Assembly (NCBI GenBank): GCA_965223345.1
Contig: CBDCWG010000012.1
Coordinates: 352,001-416,000, forward strand
DNA length: 64,000 nt
From: Nitrospinales bacterium
GTDB taxonomy: Bacteria; Nitrospinota; Nitrospinia; Nitrospinales; VA-1
Reading direction: 5' to 3'
Shown: one piece after another, positions 53,501-63,732 of the stretch
Numbering within the stretch: position 1 is the first letter of the stretch
How the letters are laid out: each line of letters starts with the position of its first letter
The notes under the pieces: generated by a model
The model's input: only the letters and a program-made list of their open reading frames with translations
Databases searched by the model: none
Told to the model about the DNA's origin: nothing
Program-made: the position numbers and the translations under genes

Positions 53501-53692
53501 CGGGTCCTCATTTCAGGGTTGCCCAGGCATTCCGGGACCGCCCGGAACGGCGGTATAATTTAAAAATCAATGCTTTACCCACAGGGTGCATTGTTGACCG
53601 CACCGGCTAAATTTCATAAGATATTTGTGACAGGGGTTGTCCCGAAATATCCGGTGAGCGACCCATTCTACCATTTCCTCTCAGGAGGTCCG

Positions 53693-54379
53693 ATGAGAAC
53701 CCTTGCATTGATCCTGCTCATTTCGTTTTTTTTCCTGCCCCCTGCCCACGCTTCCTCCGATCAGAGAGAAAAACTGCGGGAAGCGGTGATGGTGCTGGAA
53801 GAAATCCAGCGCTCCCCCGATCAGAAAATCCCCACCCGTTTGATGCAAAAAGCCAAGGCGATCATCGTGTTTCCGACCATGCTCAAAGGCGGTTTTATCT
53901 TTGCGGCGCGCTACGGCAAAGGCGTGGCAGTGGTGCGGGACAGCAAAACCGGGAAATGGGGCCCGCCGGCGTTCATCAAAACCATCGGCGGCAGCTGGGG
54001 CTTCCAGATCGGCGGCGAGGCGATCGATCTGGTGCTGCTGGTCATGTCGCAGCGCGGCCTTGAGGGCCTGCTGAACAGCAAGTTCACGCTCGGCGCGGAC
54101 GCTTCGGTCGCGGCGGGACCGGTGGGCCGCCATGCGGAAGCGGGCGCGGACGTGACGCTGAAAGGAGAGATCTATTCCTACTCGCGCAGCAAAGGCGTGT
54201 TCGCCGGCGTTTCGGTGAAGGGGGCTGTGATCAACGAGGACACCGACTCCAACTGGGCCTATTACGACCGGCCGCTGTCTCCGAAAGAGATCCTCATCGA
54301 AGGCCGGGTCAAAAAATATTCCGAGTCCACGCGGCGCTTCATGAGCGAGATGAACCGCATCGCGCCGGTGCGCCGCTGA
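53693..54379 (+). CDS. Ysc84/SYLF lipid-binding domain protein
   Basis: Signal peptide; KGGFIFAARYGKG, GGSWGFQIG, AAGPVGR and YSYSRSKGVFAG; AGGAGG SD. Confidence 0.9.
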   Translation: MRTLALILLISFFFLPPAHASSDQREKLREAVMVLEEIQRSPDQKIPTRLMQKAKAIIVFPTMLKGGFIFAARYGKGVAVVRDSKTGKWGPPAFIKTIGGSWGFQIGGEAIDLVLLVMSQRGLEGLLNSKFTLGADASVAAGPVGRHAEAGADVTLKGEIYSYSRSKGVFAGVSVKGAVINEDTDSNWAYYDRPLSPKEILIEGRVKKYSESTRRFMSEMNRIAPVRR

Positions 54380-54385
54380 TGCGAT

Positions 54386-55579
54386 TCACGCGTCGATGCG
54401 GGCCCGCACTTTGGCGCTCACGGTGTCGAGGACGATGACGACGATGGCGATGGCGAACAGCGCCGTCCCCGCCTGCCGGTACTGCAATAGATTGATCCAC
54501 TGCTGCAGCAGAAACCCGATGCCTCCCCCTCCCACAAACCCGATGATGGTGGACATGCGCACGTTGATGTCCCAGCGGTAAAAACTCAGCGCGAGAAACT
54601 GCGGCGCCACCTGCGGCACCACGGCGTACAGCACGACCTGCGCCGGGGTGGCGCCGGTCGCCTGGATCGCCTCGATGGGGCCGGGGTCGATGCTCTCGAT
54701 CTGCTCGGAAAACAGTTTCCCGAGCGCGGCGATGGAGTGCACGCCCAGCGCCAGCACGCCGGCGAACGGACCGATCCCCACCCACACCGCGAACAGGATC
54801 GCCATGATCAGCGGTTCGATGGAGCGCAGCACGTTGAACACCGTGCGCACGCCGTAATAGACGACGGTGGTGGGGATCCGCCGGGTCATCAGGTTGCGCG
54901 CGCCGAGAAAACTCAAGGGCGCGGCGACGAGCACCGCCAGCGTCGTGGCCATGAGCGCGAGAAACAGCGTCTCGACCATCTTTTCCAGCGTCAGCTTCAA
55001 AGTCGGGCTCACCGACCAGACGCCGGTTTTGCGGGTCAGGACCGCCCGCAGGATCTGCGGGTTGCCGCGCGCCGATTCCGGCACCACCACATCGAGCGCG
55101 AACGCGCCCTCACCACCGGTGGTGAATTTTCCCAGCGGGAACTCCTGCTCGATGGCGTTCACCCAGTACAACACGCCCTGGCTGTCCGGCGGCAGCCGCA
55201 CCCCTTCGACGCGCAACGCATCCCCCACCCTTCCCTCCCGCCTCGAAAGCATCAATGCGGGCGCGGCTGCATCGCTTTTTTCCTGCGGCCGCACGGAGGA
55301 AAAACCGTCCGCCAGGTAAAACCCGGTTTCGACGGTCAGCGTCTCGGTGTCGGGACGCATCAGATCCGGCTGCAGAAGATCGCGGATGAGCGGCTTGACG
55401 AGATGCACGTCGCGCACCAGTTCCCCGATGTCGATCTCGGTGACGCGCCAGCCGTAGCTGTAGACCACGCCGATCAGAAGCGCGAGAAAGAGAATCCGCG
55501 TCCTGGCGTACCAGGGCCGCCGGGTTTCAGGGGCCTCCGGCTTGGCGGACGCGCGGGGTGTGTTTTCAGATTCGGTCAT
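54386..55579 (-). CDS. phnE: PhnE/PtxC-type phosphonate/phosphite ABC permease with a large extracytoplasmic insertion
   Basis: RSIEPLI, GIGPFAGVLAL, LGKLFSEQIE and YRWDINVRMSTIIGFVGGGGIG motifs. Confidence 0.85.
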   Translation of the reverse strand: MTESENTPRASAKPEAPETRRPWYARTRILFLALLIGVVYSYGWRVTEIDIGELVRDVHLVKPLIRDLLQPDLMRPDTETLTVETGFYLADGFSSVRPQEKSDAAAPALMLSRREGRVGDALRVEGVRLPPDSQGVLYWVNAIEQEFPLGKFTTGGEGAFALDVVVPESARGNPQILRAVLTRKTGVWSVSPTLKLTLEKMVETLFLALMATTLAVLVAAPLSFLGARNLMTRRIPTTVVYYGVRTVFNVLRSIEPLIMAILFAVWVGIGPFAGVLALGVHSIAALGKLFSEQIESIDPGPIEAIQATGATPAQVVLYAVVPQVAPQFLALSFYRWDINVRMSTIIGFVGGGGIGFLLQQWINLLQYRQAGTALFAIAIVVIVLDTVSAKVRARIDA

Positions 55580-55616
55580 GGCCCTGTCCGGTTTCCGAGC
55601 CGAGTGTGGGGATGGG

Positions 55617-56075
55617 CTAAAGCGTGAGGCCCCGGGCGGTCAATCCCAAAAGCACCAGGCCGGCGAGCAGCACGGTGCCGTTGAGTTTCACGGAAAAAGA
55701 ATGCAGCTTCTGAAATTTTTCCTGCAGGGGTTTCTGGTCCTTTTCCGAAGCCGCGGTTTCGATCTGCTCTTTCAACGCGCGCGCTTTCGGGTGCACGACG
55801 CGCCCGCCGATGAAGGTGGCGGCCATCATCAGGACGATGCAGCCGATTTTCACGGGAGACAGTGTGGGCGCAAAGAGCAGCGTGACCAGGATCAGCACGC
55901 TGCACACGTAGCCGATGCCGTAGTAACGGGGAAACAGCACGCCGATGAGTTCGCCCGCAAGCGGTCGTTCCAGTGTCTTGAACACAGCCGGCGCGGTGAA
56001 AAAGGAAAAGAACACGATGCTGCCGATCCAGAAGACCAGCGCGAAAAGATGCACGAAGGAAATGAAGGTGTTCAT
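55617..56075 (-). CDS. DUF4149/TMEM205-like membrane protein
   Basis: WIGSIVFFSFFTAPAVF, AG......FPRYY and FQKLHSFSV.LN; four hydrophobic segments. Confidence 0.8.
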   Translation of the reverse strand: MNTFISFVHLFALVFWIGSIVFFSFFTAPAVFKTLERPLAGELIGVLFPRYYGIGYVCSVLILVTLLFAPTLSPVKIGCIVLMMAATFIGGRVVHPKARALKEQIETAASEKDQKPLQEKFQKLHSFSVKLNGTVLLAGLVLLGLTARGLTL

Positions 56076-56118
56076 GAAATGCCTGCCTTTGAATTTCTCT
56101 GCTTTTTCCGATTCGGTT

Positions 56119-56844
56119 TCAGGTTTTGTCCGTCAACGCCTGTGCGATCTCGGCCACGATCTTCTCAGCCGCTCCTCTCGGATCGTCCGCATCGCGTATG
56201 GGACGGCCGACGACGATCAGGTCGGCCCCGTCAACGATGGCCTGACCGGGTGTGACGATGCGGCTTTGATCGTCGTTTGCGGAAGCGCTCCAGGCGGGCC
56301 GGATTCCGGGGACCACCACTTTGAAACCGCCGCCCGCCTGCTGCCGCACCGCTTTCGCTTCCAGGCCGGAACACACGCAACCGGCGCACCCCGCCTCCTG
56401 CGCCCAGCGGGTGCGATGCAAAACCAGCTCTTTAAGCGTGGCGTTGTTGCCGTAACCCAAATCGGCGAGGTTCGCCTCCGCCTGACTGGTGAGAACGGAC
56501 ACGGCCAGCACCTCCAGACCGGGATCGCATTCTTTCAAAGCAGCCTGCAAGGCATCGGCGCCTTCCGAGGCGTGCACGGTGACGTAGCGCGCGCCCAGCG
56601 ACGCTGCGGAACGCAGCGCGCCCCGCATCGTTGCGGGGATGTCGTGCAGCTTGAGATCGAGAAAGATGTCTGCCGTGGAGTTATTCCGAACGATGCGGAG
56701 GATATCCGGCCCTTCGCGCACGAACAGTTCGAGCCCGACCTTGAAGCAGCCGACGCTGCCTTCCAGTTGGCGGACGAGACTCAACGCCGCCTGCTTGTCG
56801 GGAACGTCGAGGGCAAAGGCGAGCTTTGTTTTAGCTTGGTTCAT
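56119..56844 (-). CDS. pyrF: Orotidine-5'-phosphate decarboxylase
   Basis: ALD, FKVGLELF, FLDLKLHDIP, PGIR and VVGRPI; ATGA overlap with the TPR gene. Confidence 0.96.
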   Translation of the reverse strand: MNQAKTKLAFALDVPDKQAALSLVRQLEGSVGCFKVGLELFVREGPDILRIVRNNSTADIFLDLKLHDIPATMRGALRSAASLGARYVTVHASEGADALQAALKECDPGLEVLAVSVLTSQAEANLADLGYGNNATLKELVLHRTRWAQEAGCAGCVCSGLEAKAVRQQAGGGFKVVVPGIRPAWSASANDDQSRIVTPGQAIVDGADLIVVGRPIRDADDPRGAAEKIVAEIAQALTDKT

Positions 56845-57755
56845 TTTGCAGGGTTGCTCCGGGAAGTGCCTTTGAGGGTGTTCAGGTTGTGCCGCACCGC
56901 CTTGAGGCCGGGATCGATCGCCAGGGCTTTTTCGTAAGCGGCGCGCGCCGCTTCGCGGTTGCCGAGTTTCTGGTGGCACACGCCCAGATTGGCGTGCGCC
57001 TGGGCGAAATCGGGATACAGGGCCAGCGCTTTTTCGAACGCCGCGACGGCGTTTTCGCATTGGCCCGTATGGGCGTATGCGGTTCCGAGATTGTAATGCG
57101 TCTCCGCGAGATGCGGCCTCAATGTTGCCGCCTGGGTGAGAGGGACGATCGCTTCCCGGTGCCGGTTCAGGGAGAGCAGGACCTCGCCCAGCTTCTGATG
57201 ACTGACCGCGTCGGTGCGGTCCAGATCCACCGCGAACTGCAACTCGGGCGCCGCTTGTTCGAGCTTTCCGATGCGCTGGTAGACGGAGCCCAGCAATGCA
57301 TGATAGCGGGCTTCGGCGGGCTTTTTTTTGACGAGCACCTGCAGGTGATCGAGCAGGTTTTCCAGGCGGCCGGTGTTTTCATACACCATGACGAGGTTGG
57401 CCCGGGCTTCGATCAATTCGGGATCGAGCGCGAGGGCTTTTTCGCAGTGTTCCTCCGCCTTGTCGAACTGCCGCAGACTGGCGTGCACGAGCCCAAGATA
57501 ATGGTGCGCGTCGGCGTCCGATGCGTTCAGCCGGATCGATTCGGTGAGCGGCGCCACGGCGGCTTCGTATTCGCCGCCCCGCGCCAGCGCCACCCCCAGA
57601 TCGTAGTGCGCTTCGGGGTCTTCGGGCCGCTCCAGAACCTGCTGGCGATAGAAAGCGATGTCGTTTCTTGCCGGTGCCGTGCCCTGCGGTTCTGAGTTGG
57701 CTTCTCCGGTTCCCAGAACCAGCAGGAGAGGGAGCACGAGGGAAACGTTGCGCAT
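56841..57755 (-). CDS. Exported tetratricopeptide repeat protein
   Basis: Signal peptide and several canonical 34-aa TPRs (AHYDLGVAL, HYNLGTAY, AHANLGVC). Confidence 0.85.
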   Translation of the reverse strand: MRNVSLVLPLLLVLGTGEANSEPQGTAPARNDIAFYRQQVLERPEDPEAHYDLGVALARGGEYEAAVAPLTESIRLNASDADAHHYLGLVHASLRQFDKAEEHCEKALALDPELIEARANLVMVYENTGRLENLLDHLQVLVKKKPAEARYHALLGSVYQRIGKLEQAAPELQFAVDLDRTDAVSHQKLGEVLLSLNRHREAIVPLTQAATLRPHLAETHYNLGTAYAHTGQCENAVAAFEKALALYPDFAQAHANLGVCHQKLGNREAARAAYEKALAIDPGLKAVRHNLNTLKGTSRSNPAK

Positions 57756-57852
57756 GGGTTCTCCCTTCGGGTTGGTGCGCCTGTGCGGCTCAATAGTAAG
57801 ACGGAACGCGCTTTTTGTAAAGCTGGCCGCCGTTCGCGACGGCGATACGACA

Positions 57853-58800
57853 TCAGGAAGGAAAAAACGCATCGATGTAGCGGGTCATGACGGACCCTTC
57901 GCGCACATCCGTGACGACGGAGCGCAGATCTTCACCGGCGAGGTCGCGCAGGATCATCTCGGGGATGCGCCCGCCGGCCTGGATGGTGTGCACCGATCCG
58001 CTGCCGAACCGCAGGTTGACGTCGGTGAAAAAAAATTTGCCCGTTTGGTCTTGTATCCCCTGCAGGTTGCAGGGGCCTTGGAGTCCGAGACGGGAAGCCA
58101 GGGTGGTGGCCGCGGCGACGAGGGCCGGATCGAGGTGGATGCGGCTCACCATCACCTCGCCGCCGCGCACCGCCAGCCGCTCGCGGGGCACCACGCAGCG
58201 CGGCGTGCCGGTACGGTCGGAAAACCAGTCGATGGTGAACTCGCGGCCCGTAATGAACTGCTGGATCAGATGTTCAGGATGCCTGCGTTTGCAGTATTCA
58301 AGATCCTCGCCGTTTTCAATCTTAAAGGTGTTTTTGCCGCCTTCCCCGCGGCGCGGTTTGGCAATGAGCGGAAACTGTGCGTCCGCGTCGCATCGCGTCT
58401 GCGGTGTGGGGATTTCATGTTCTGCGCAAAACCGCGTCAGCTGCCGTTTGTCGTGACAGGTCGCGATCGTTTCGGGACTTTCCAGATAGGCCAGCAACGA
58501 GGCATCCGCAAAGGCCTGCCGGTGGCGGTCGAGAAACTCCACCGCTTTGTTGGTCTGCGGCAGGATCGCGGTGATCGATTCGGCGCGGCAGATGGCGAGC
58601 AGCTCATCGATGCAGGCGGGATCGGAAAACGGCGGCAGGGTGTGGGCGCGGTCGCACACATTGAGGGCCGGGGCGAGCGGATCGCTGTCGGCGCCGACGA
58701 GCTTGCCGGTGTCTGCGTGGGCGCTGCGCGCTTCCCGGAAGGCGCGGATGAGCGCGACGCGCCAGTGCGGCGCCAGGAACAGCAGGTGGACGGGTTTCAT
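57853..58800 (-). CDS. ATP-grasp domain protein (CarB/PylC-like)
   Basis: CHDK, PLIAKPRRGEG, IQQFITGREFTID and TDVNLRFG motifs. Confidence 0.8.
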   Translation of the reverse strand: MKPVHLLFLAPHWRVALIRAFREARSAHADTGKLVGADSDPLAPALNVCDRAHTLPPFSDPACIDELLAICRAESITAILPQTNKAVEFLDRHRQAFADASLLAYLESPETIATCHDKRQLTRFCAEHEIPTPQTRCDADAQFPLIAKPRRGEGGKNTFKIENGEDLEYCKRRHPEHLIQQFITGREFTIDWFSDRTGTPRCVVPRERLAVRGGEVMVSRIHLDPALVAAATTLASRLGLQGPCNLQGIQDQTGKFFFTDVNLRFGSGSVHTIQAGGRIPEMILRDLAGEDLRSVVTDVREGSVMTRYIDAFFPS

Positions 58801-58876
58801 GGCAAAAACCTCGGCGCGGCCGGTTGAGTCGGCGCGTTTTTGTCCGGTGTTGCGTTCGAAGGGGAGCGAAGCGCGC

Positions 58877-59428
58877 TCACAGCACGTGCAGGCTTTCGAT
58901 CTGCTGAAGGATTTTCGCGGACGCGCCCCAGATGCGGTGGTGCTTGTGCCAGTACACCACCATGCCGTCGGACTCCTTGAACCCGATGTCGCGCTGCTGG
59001 GTGGAAAGCAGCGCGGCGAGCGGGATCTCCAGCACCGCATCCACTTCATCGGGACAGGGCCGGTAGCGCAGCGCGGCGTCCACCTGGCAGACAAACGGCG
59101 CGATCTCGAATCCGGTGAGCGTCTCCACGGTGGGCAGGCGGCCGATCACCTGCGCCGGCGACACCTCGACGCCGATCTCCTCTTCGGTTTCCCTGAGCGC
59201 GGTGGCCAGCAGGTCGGGATCGTCGGGTTCGACGACGCCGCCCGGAAAGGCGATCTCACCGGCGTGGACCTTGAGATCCAGCGCCCGCTTGGTCATGACG
59301 GTGTGGGCTTCGCCGCGTTTGGCGAACAGGATCACCAGCACCGCCGCGCGCTGCGGGTGCGGTTCCACCGATTCCCGCACCACGGGATAGCGGCTTTTCA
59401 GTTGCGTCGTGATGGCGAACAGGTTCAT
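58877..59428 (-). CDS. Nudix hydrolase, CoA pyrophosphatase type
   Basis: AAVLV, TKRA..LKVHAGEIAFPGG, Nudix box ALRETEEEIG and IWGASA. Confidence 0.9.
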   Translation of the reverse strand: MNLFAITTQLKSRYPVVRESVEPHPQRAAVLVILFAKRGEAHTVMTKRALDLKVHAGEIAFPGGVVEPDDPDLLATALRETEEEIGVEVSPAQVIGRLPTVETLTGFEIAPFVCQVDAALRYRPCPDEVDAVLEIPLAALLSTQQRDIGFKESDGMVVYWHKHHRIWGASAKILQQIESLHVL

Positions 59429-59449
59429 GGGTTTCCGATCCCGATTGCC

Positions 59450-59794
59450 TCAGCCCCAGACCGAGGCGAATTCCGCGGCGTCGAAGCCCACGGTGATGCG
59501 GTCCTTGTCCACGGCGATGGGCCGTTTGATCAGCCTGCCGTTGCCGGCCAAAAGATCCAGGGCCTGCTCCTGCGACAGGGAAGGCAGTTTGTCCTTGATT
59601 TTGAGTTCTTTATATTGCTGCCCGCTGGTGTTGAACAGCTTTTTCAGATCGCGGGTTTTGAGGGCGGCTTTCAGCACGGTCTTGGGCGGCGGCGTTTCGG
59701 TGATGTCGATGTCCTGAAACTCCAAACCCTTGCCCTGAAGGTATTTTTTCGCTTTGCGGCAGGTGCCGCATTTGTTGTAGCCGTAAAATTTCAT
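59450..59794 (-). CDS. ArsC/Spx/YffB family thioredoxin-fold protein
   Basis: CGTCRKA, LFNTSG..Y and LIKRP...VGF motifs. Confidence 0.88.
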   Translation of the reverse strand: MKFYGYNKCGTCRKAKKYLQGKGLEFQDIDITETPPPKTVLKAALKTRDLKKLFNTSGQQYKELKIKDKLPSLSQEQALDLLAGNGRLIKRPIAVDKDRITVGFDAAEFASVWG

Positions 59795-59918
59795 GGTGCG
59801 TCGTCTCCTGAATCACGTTGCGTTGCGGTGGCGGCCATTCTAGCAGGCGCGCCCGGCGGAAAAAACCCGGTTGCCGCGCGCAGACCCGTACCCGGCCTGC
59901 GGACGGGCTTTCCGGCCT

Positions 59919-59965
59919 ACACCATATATAGTGCACTCACTCAACATCTATACCAGAGATAGTAT
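59919..59965. promoter_or_regulatory. Tandem NrdR-box-like operators
   Basis: ACACCATATATAGTGC (59919) and ATACCAGAGATAGTAT (59950), 31 bp apart, against consensus acaCwAtATaTwGtgt; box 2 overlaps TATAAT at 59963. Confidence 0.6.
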
Positions 59966-60056
59966 AATTTCACTTTACTTTACCCAATTATTGGGATATC
60001 TTCGAGCATAAAATGGAGGGTTATTTGTTTCATTTTTCAGGGGTAACGACCGACAC

Positions 60057-63000
60057 ATGCTACTAAAAAGTCTGGAACTGGAAGGTTTCAAATCGTTCGT
60101 GGACAGCACGGCGCTGAACTTCAACAACGGCTTCACCGCCATCGTGGGTCCCAACGGCTGCGGCAAGAGCAACGTCTCCGACGCCATCCGCTGGGTGATC
60201 GGCGAGCAGAGCTCCAAATCGCTGCGCGGAACCCGCATCACCGACCTGATCTTCAACGGCAGCGGCTCGCGCAAGCCGGTGAACCGCGCTGAAATATCGT
60301 TGACTTTGACGCGTGTGCCGGCCGGCATCCGCATCGCCAGCGTGCCCAATATATCGGAAGAGGTAAAAATCACCCGCTGCTACCATCGCTCCGGCGAAAG
60401 TGAGTTTTACATCAACCAGGTGCCCTGCCGCCTGAAGGACATCACCGACTTTCTGCTCGACATCGGCATCAGCCCCAAGGTGCTGACCGTCATCGAGCAG
60501 GGGCACATCCAGGACATCATCACCTCCAAGCCCGAGGAGCGGCGCATCCTCATCGAAGAGGCGGCGGGCATCCTCAAATTCAAGCACCGCCGCAACGAGG
60601 CGATCCGCAAGCTGGAATCGTCCGGCCAGAACCTGGAACGCATCACCGACATCGTGCAGGAGCTGGGCCGGCGGGTGGAATCGCTGAAGCGCCAGGCCGC
60701 CAAAGCCGAACGCTACAAAAAATACCAGGCGGAGATCAAGGAGCTGTCCCTCAAGCTGTTCTCCAAGAAACACCGCCACTACCAGAGCGACCTCAAAGAC
60801 ATCGAGGAACAGTTCGCGCGGGAAAACGAGCACAAGACGCAGCAGGCGGCGCGGGCCTCGACGCTGGAAAACGGCATCACCGAACTCAACGTCGAAATCG
60901 ACGAACTCTCCACGGCGCTCAACGAGAAAAAGGAACGCACGCACGAGCTGGCGGGCCAGATCAGCAAGCTGGAGCACAACATCGAGCTCAAGCAGTCGCA
61001 GATCACCCAGGCCGAAACGGACATCCAGGCCGCCGAGGAGGAAGTGCGGCGCATGAACGAGGAGATCGCCTCGTTTTCCGCGGAAGTGGAGCAGCAGCGC
61101 ACGGAACTCACCCAGGTGTCGGGCGAGATCAACGAGCAGGAAGACGTGCTCAAGACGCGGTCGCAGGCGCTGGAAGAGGAAAAAACCGCGCTGGCGGAAA
61201 AGGAGAGCCGCGTGCGCACCGAGGAAGAGCGCGTCCGCTCGCTGTACCAGACGATCGCCACGAAAAACAACGAACTGACGGCGCTGGAAACCCGGCGGCA
61301 GCATCTGGAATCGCTGGAAGAAAAGCTGCTCCAGGAGCTCACGGAAACCGGCAGCCTGGCGGAAGCCAGCCGGGTGTCGCACACGCAGGCGGAGGAAGAA
61401 CAGAACGAGCGGCTGCGAGCGCTGTCGCGGCTGAAGGAAAAAAAGGAACTCTGCCAGCAGGAGACGCAGGAATTCGGCGACAGGCTGCAGGCGAAAACCG
61501 ATTCGCTCGCGGCGCTGAAGGAAGATTACCTGACCCAGGCGTCTCTGCTTTCCTCGCTCAAGGAACTGCGCGAGAAATTCGCCGGGTTCGATGAGGGCAT
61601 CCAGTCTTTGATGACCGAAAACGGCAACGGCGGCCGCCCGGCCGGGCTGCGCGAGGTGCTGGTGGACGTGCTGAAAGCGCCGAAGGAGCTGGAACCGGCG
61701 CTGGAGGCGGTGCTGGGGGAAAAACTGCAGAGCATCATCGTCGATTCCTATTCCGACACCATCGCCGCCATCGACTATCTCAAGAACCGGCAGTCGGGCC
61801 GCGGCTCGTTCATTCCGCTCAAGGCCAAGAGTTCCCCGGCGCAGCCGGTGCACCTCAACGGCAACCCCGCCGTGCGCGGGCGCATCCTCGATTTCATCGA
61901 ATGCCGCGACGAATACCGGCCGGCGCTGGAACTGCTGCTCGGCAACGTGGTGCTGGTGCAGGATTTCGACACGGCGCTTTCGATGCACCAGAGCGCGGAC
62001 TTTTCGGGAACCTGCGTCACGGAAAACGGCGAGACCATCGATTCCAAGGGGCTGGTCTCGGGCGGCGCGGTGAACAAGAGCTCGGCGGGCCTGTTGTCGC
62101 GCAACCGCGAGATCGAGACCCGCTCCGAATCGGTGGAGCGCCTGAAAGCGCAGCTCGATAACGAGCAGCGCGAACTGGAGGACATGCAGGCCACGCTGGG
62201 CGGGCTCAAGGAACGGCTCAAGCACATCGAATCCTCGGTGCACGAGAGCGAAATCACGCAGACGCAGTCGCAAAAGGACATCGAGCAGTTGATCAAGGAA
62301 ATCGAACGGCTGGAAGCGCGGCTGTACGCGTTGCAGTCGGAAAAATCCAGCGGCTCGGAGGAATTGCAAACGTTGAACCGGCAGAAGGAAACGCTGACGC
62401 AGGAGCTTGCCGAAGCGGAAGCGGAAAAAAACCGCGGCGAGGCGCAGGCGAACGAGCTGAAAGCGGAACTGGAGAGCAAGCGGCGGGAACTGGAAACGCA
62501 GTCCAGCGAGATCGGTGCCATCCAGGTGCGCATCGCCTCGTTGATCGGCAAACGCGAAAACACGCTGACGGAAATCAAACGGCTCGACCTGCAACAGGAG
62601 AACCTGCGGCACCGCATTCAAAAACGTGAGGAAGACCAGTCGCAGAACAAGCGCAGGATCGAGGAAACCCGCGGCGCCATCGAGGGGCTGGAAAAAGAAA
62701 TTTTACAGAATGTGCGCGACAGGGACGCGCTGCAGGAGACCGTGGTGCGGGAAGAGGAAGCGCTGACGGAAAAGGAAGAACAGCGCAGCGGGATGGAGCA
62801 GGAGGCCAAGCAACTGGCGCGCGAGCTGCAGGAGTTGACGGAGAGCCTGTCGAAAACCGAGCTCAAGCGTTCGGAAACGCGCATTCAGATGGCACACCTG
62901 GAAGAGAAAGCCTACGACGATTTCAACGCCACGCTGGACGAGATGAAAGCGGCCTACGACGATGCGGTGGACGAAGGGCCCGCCGACGAGCGGGTGCGCG

Positions 63001-63617
63001 AGCTGAAGGGCAAGGTCGCCAAAATGGGCGAAGTCAACCTAGCGGCGCTTTCCGATTTCGAGGAAACCAACGAGCGCTACACGTTCCTGAAAAAGCAACA
63101 GGAGGACCTTTCCGATTCCATCGTCACGCTGCACGCCACCATCGAAAAGATCAACCACACCACGCGCGAACGGTTTCTGGAAACGTTCGAAAAAGTGAAC
63201 GAAAACTTCAAGGCCATCTTCGCCCGCCTGTTCCAGGGCGGCAAGGCGGAGCTGTCGCTTTCCGAACCGGACAACCCGCTGGAATCGGGCATCGAGATCA
63301 CCGCCAACCCGGTCGGGAAAACCATGCAGAACCTGACGCTGCTGTCCGGCGGCGAAAAATCGATGACGGCCATCGCCCTGATGTTCGCCGTCTTCAAGGT
63401 GCGCCCCAGCCCGTTCTGCCTGCTGGACGAGGTGGACGCACCGCTGGACGACGCCAACGTCATCCGCTTTCAGGAAATGCTCAAGGAGATGGCGGTGAAC
63501 ACCCAGTTCATCCTCATCACCCACAACCAGCAGACCATGTCCTTCGCCGACGTGCTGTACGGCATCACGATGGAGGAGCAGGGCGTCTCCAAGGCCGTCT
63601 CCGTGCGCATCAACTGA
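60057..63617 (+). CDS. smc: Chromosome segregation protein SMC
   Basis: GFKSF, Walker A GPNGCGKSN, coiled coils, hinge GRGSFIPL, LSGGEK and LDEVDAPLD; 1186 aa. Confidence 0.97.
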   Translation: MLLKSLELEGFKSFVDSTALNFNNGFTAIVGPNGCGKSNVSDAIRWVIGEQSSKSLRGTRITDLIFNGSGSRKPVNRAEISLTLTRVPAGIRIASVPNISEEVKITRCYHRSGESEFYINQVPCRLKDITDFLLDIGISPKVLTVIEQGHIQDIITSKPEERRILIEEAAGILKFKHRRNEAIRKLESSGQNLERITDIVQELGRRVESLKRQAAKAERYKKYQAEIKELSLKLFSKKHRHYQSDLKDIEEQFARENEHKTQQAARASTLENGITELNVEIDELSTALNEKKERTHELAGQISKLEHNIELKQSQITQAETDIQAAEEEVRRMNEEIASFSAEVEQQRTELTQVSGEINEQEDVLKTRSQALEEEKTALAEKESRVRTEEERVRSLYQTIATKNNELTALETRRQHLESLEEKLLQELTETGSLAEASRVSHTQAEEEQNERLRALSRLKEKKELCQQETQEFGDRLQAKTDSLAALKEDYLTQASLLSSLKELREKFAGFDEGIQSLMTENGNGGRPAGLREVLVDVLKAPKELEPALEAVLGEKLQSIIVDSYSDTIAAIDYLKNRQSGRGSFIPLKAKSSPAQPVHLNGNPAVRGRILDFIECRDEYRPALELLLGNVVLVQDFDTALSMHQSADFSGTCVTENGETIDSKGLVSGGAVNKSSAGLLSRNREIETRSESVERLKAQLDNEQRELEDMQATLGGLKERLKHIESSVHESEITQTQSQKDIEQLIKEIERLEARLYALQSEKSSGSEELQTLNRQKETLTQELAEAEAEKNRGEAQANELKAELESKRRELETQSSEIGAIQVRIASLIGKRENTLTEIKRLDLQQENLRHRIQKREEDQSQNKRRIEETRGAIEGLEKEILQNVRDRDALQETVVREEEALTEKEEQRSGMEQEAKQLARELQELTESLSKTELKRSETRIQMAHLEEKAYDDFNATLDEMKAAYDDAVDEGPADERVRELKGKVAKMGEVNLAALSDFEETNERYTFLKKQQEDLSDSIVTLHATIEKINHTTRERFLETFEKVNENFKAIFARLFQGGKAELSLSEPDNPLESGIEITANPVGKTMQNLTLLSGGEKSMTAIALMFAVFKVRPSPFCLLDEVDAPLDDANVIRFQEMLKEMAVNTQFILITHNQQTMSFADVLYGITMEEQGVSKAVSVRIN

Positions 63618-63732
63618 CCGGCTGCCGTCCGGTTCCCCCTCCCGAAAATCGTATCGCCAGTGCAGGCTCGCCCGCTTGGTCCCCCGGTTTTGAAAATGCT
63701 ATACTTGGTGACTCCCACAAACCGAGTGACCG

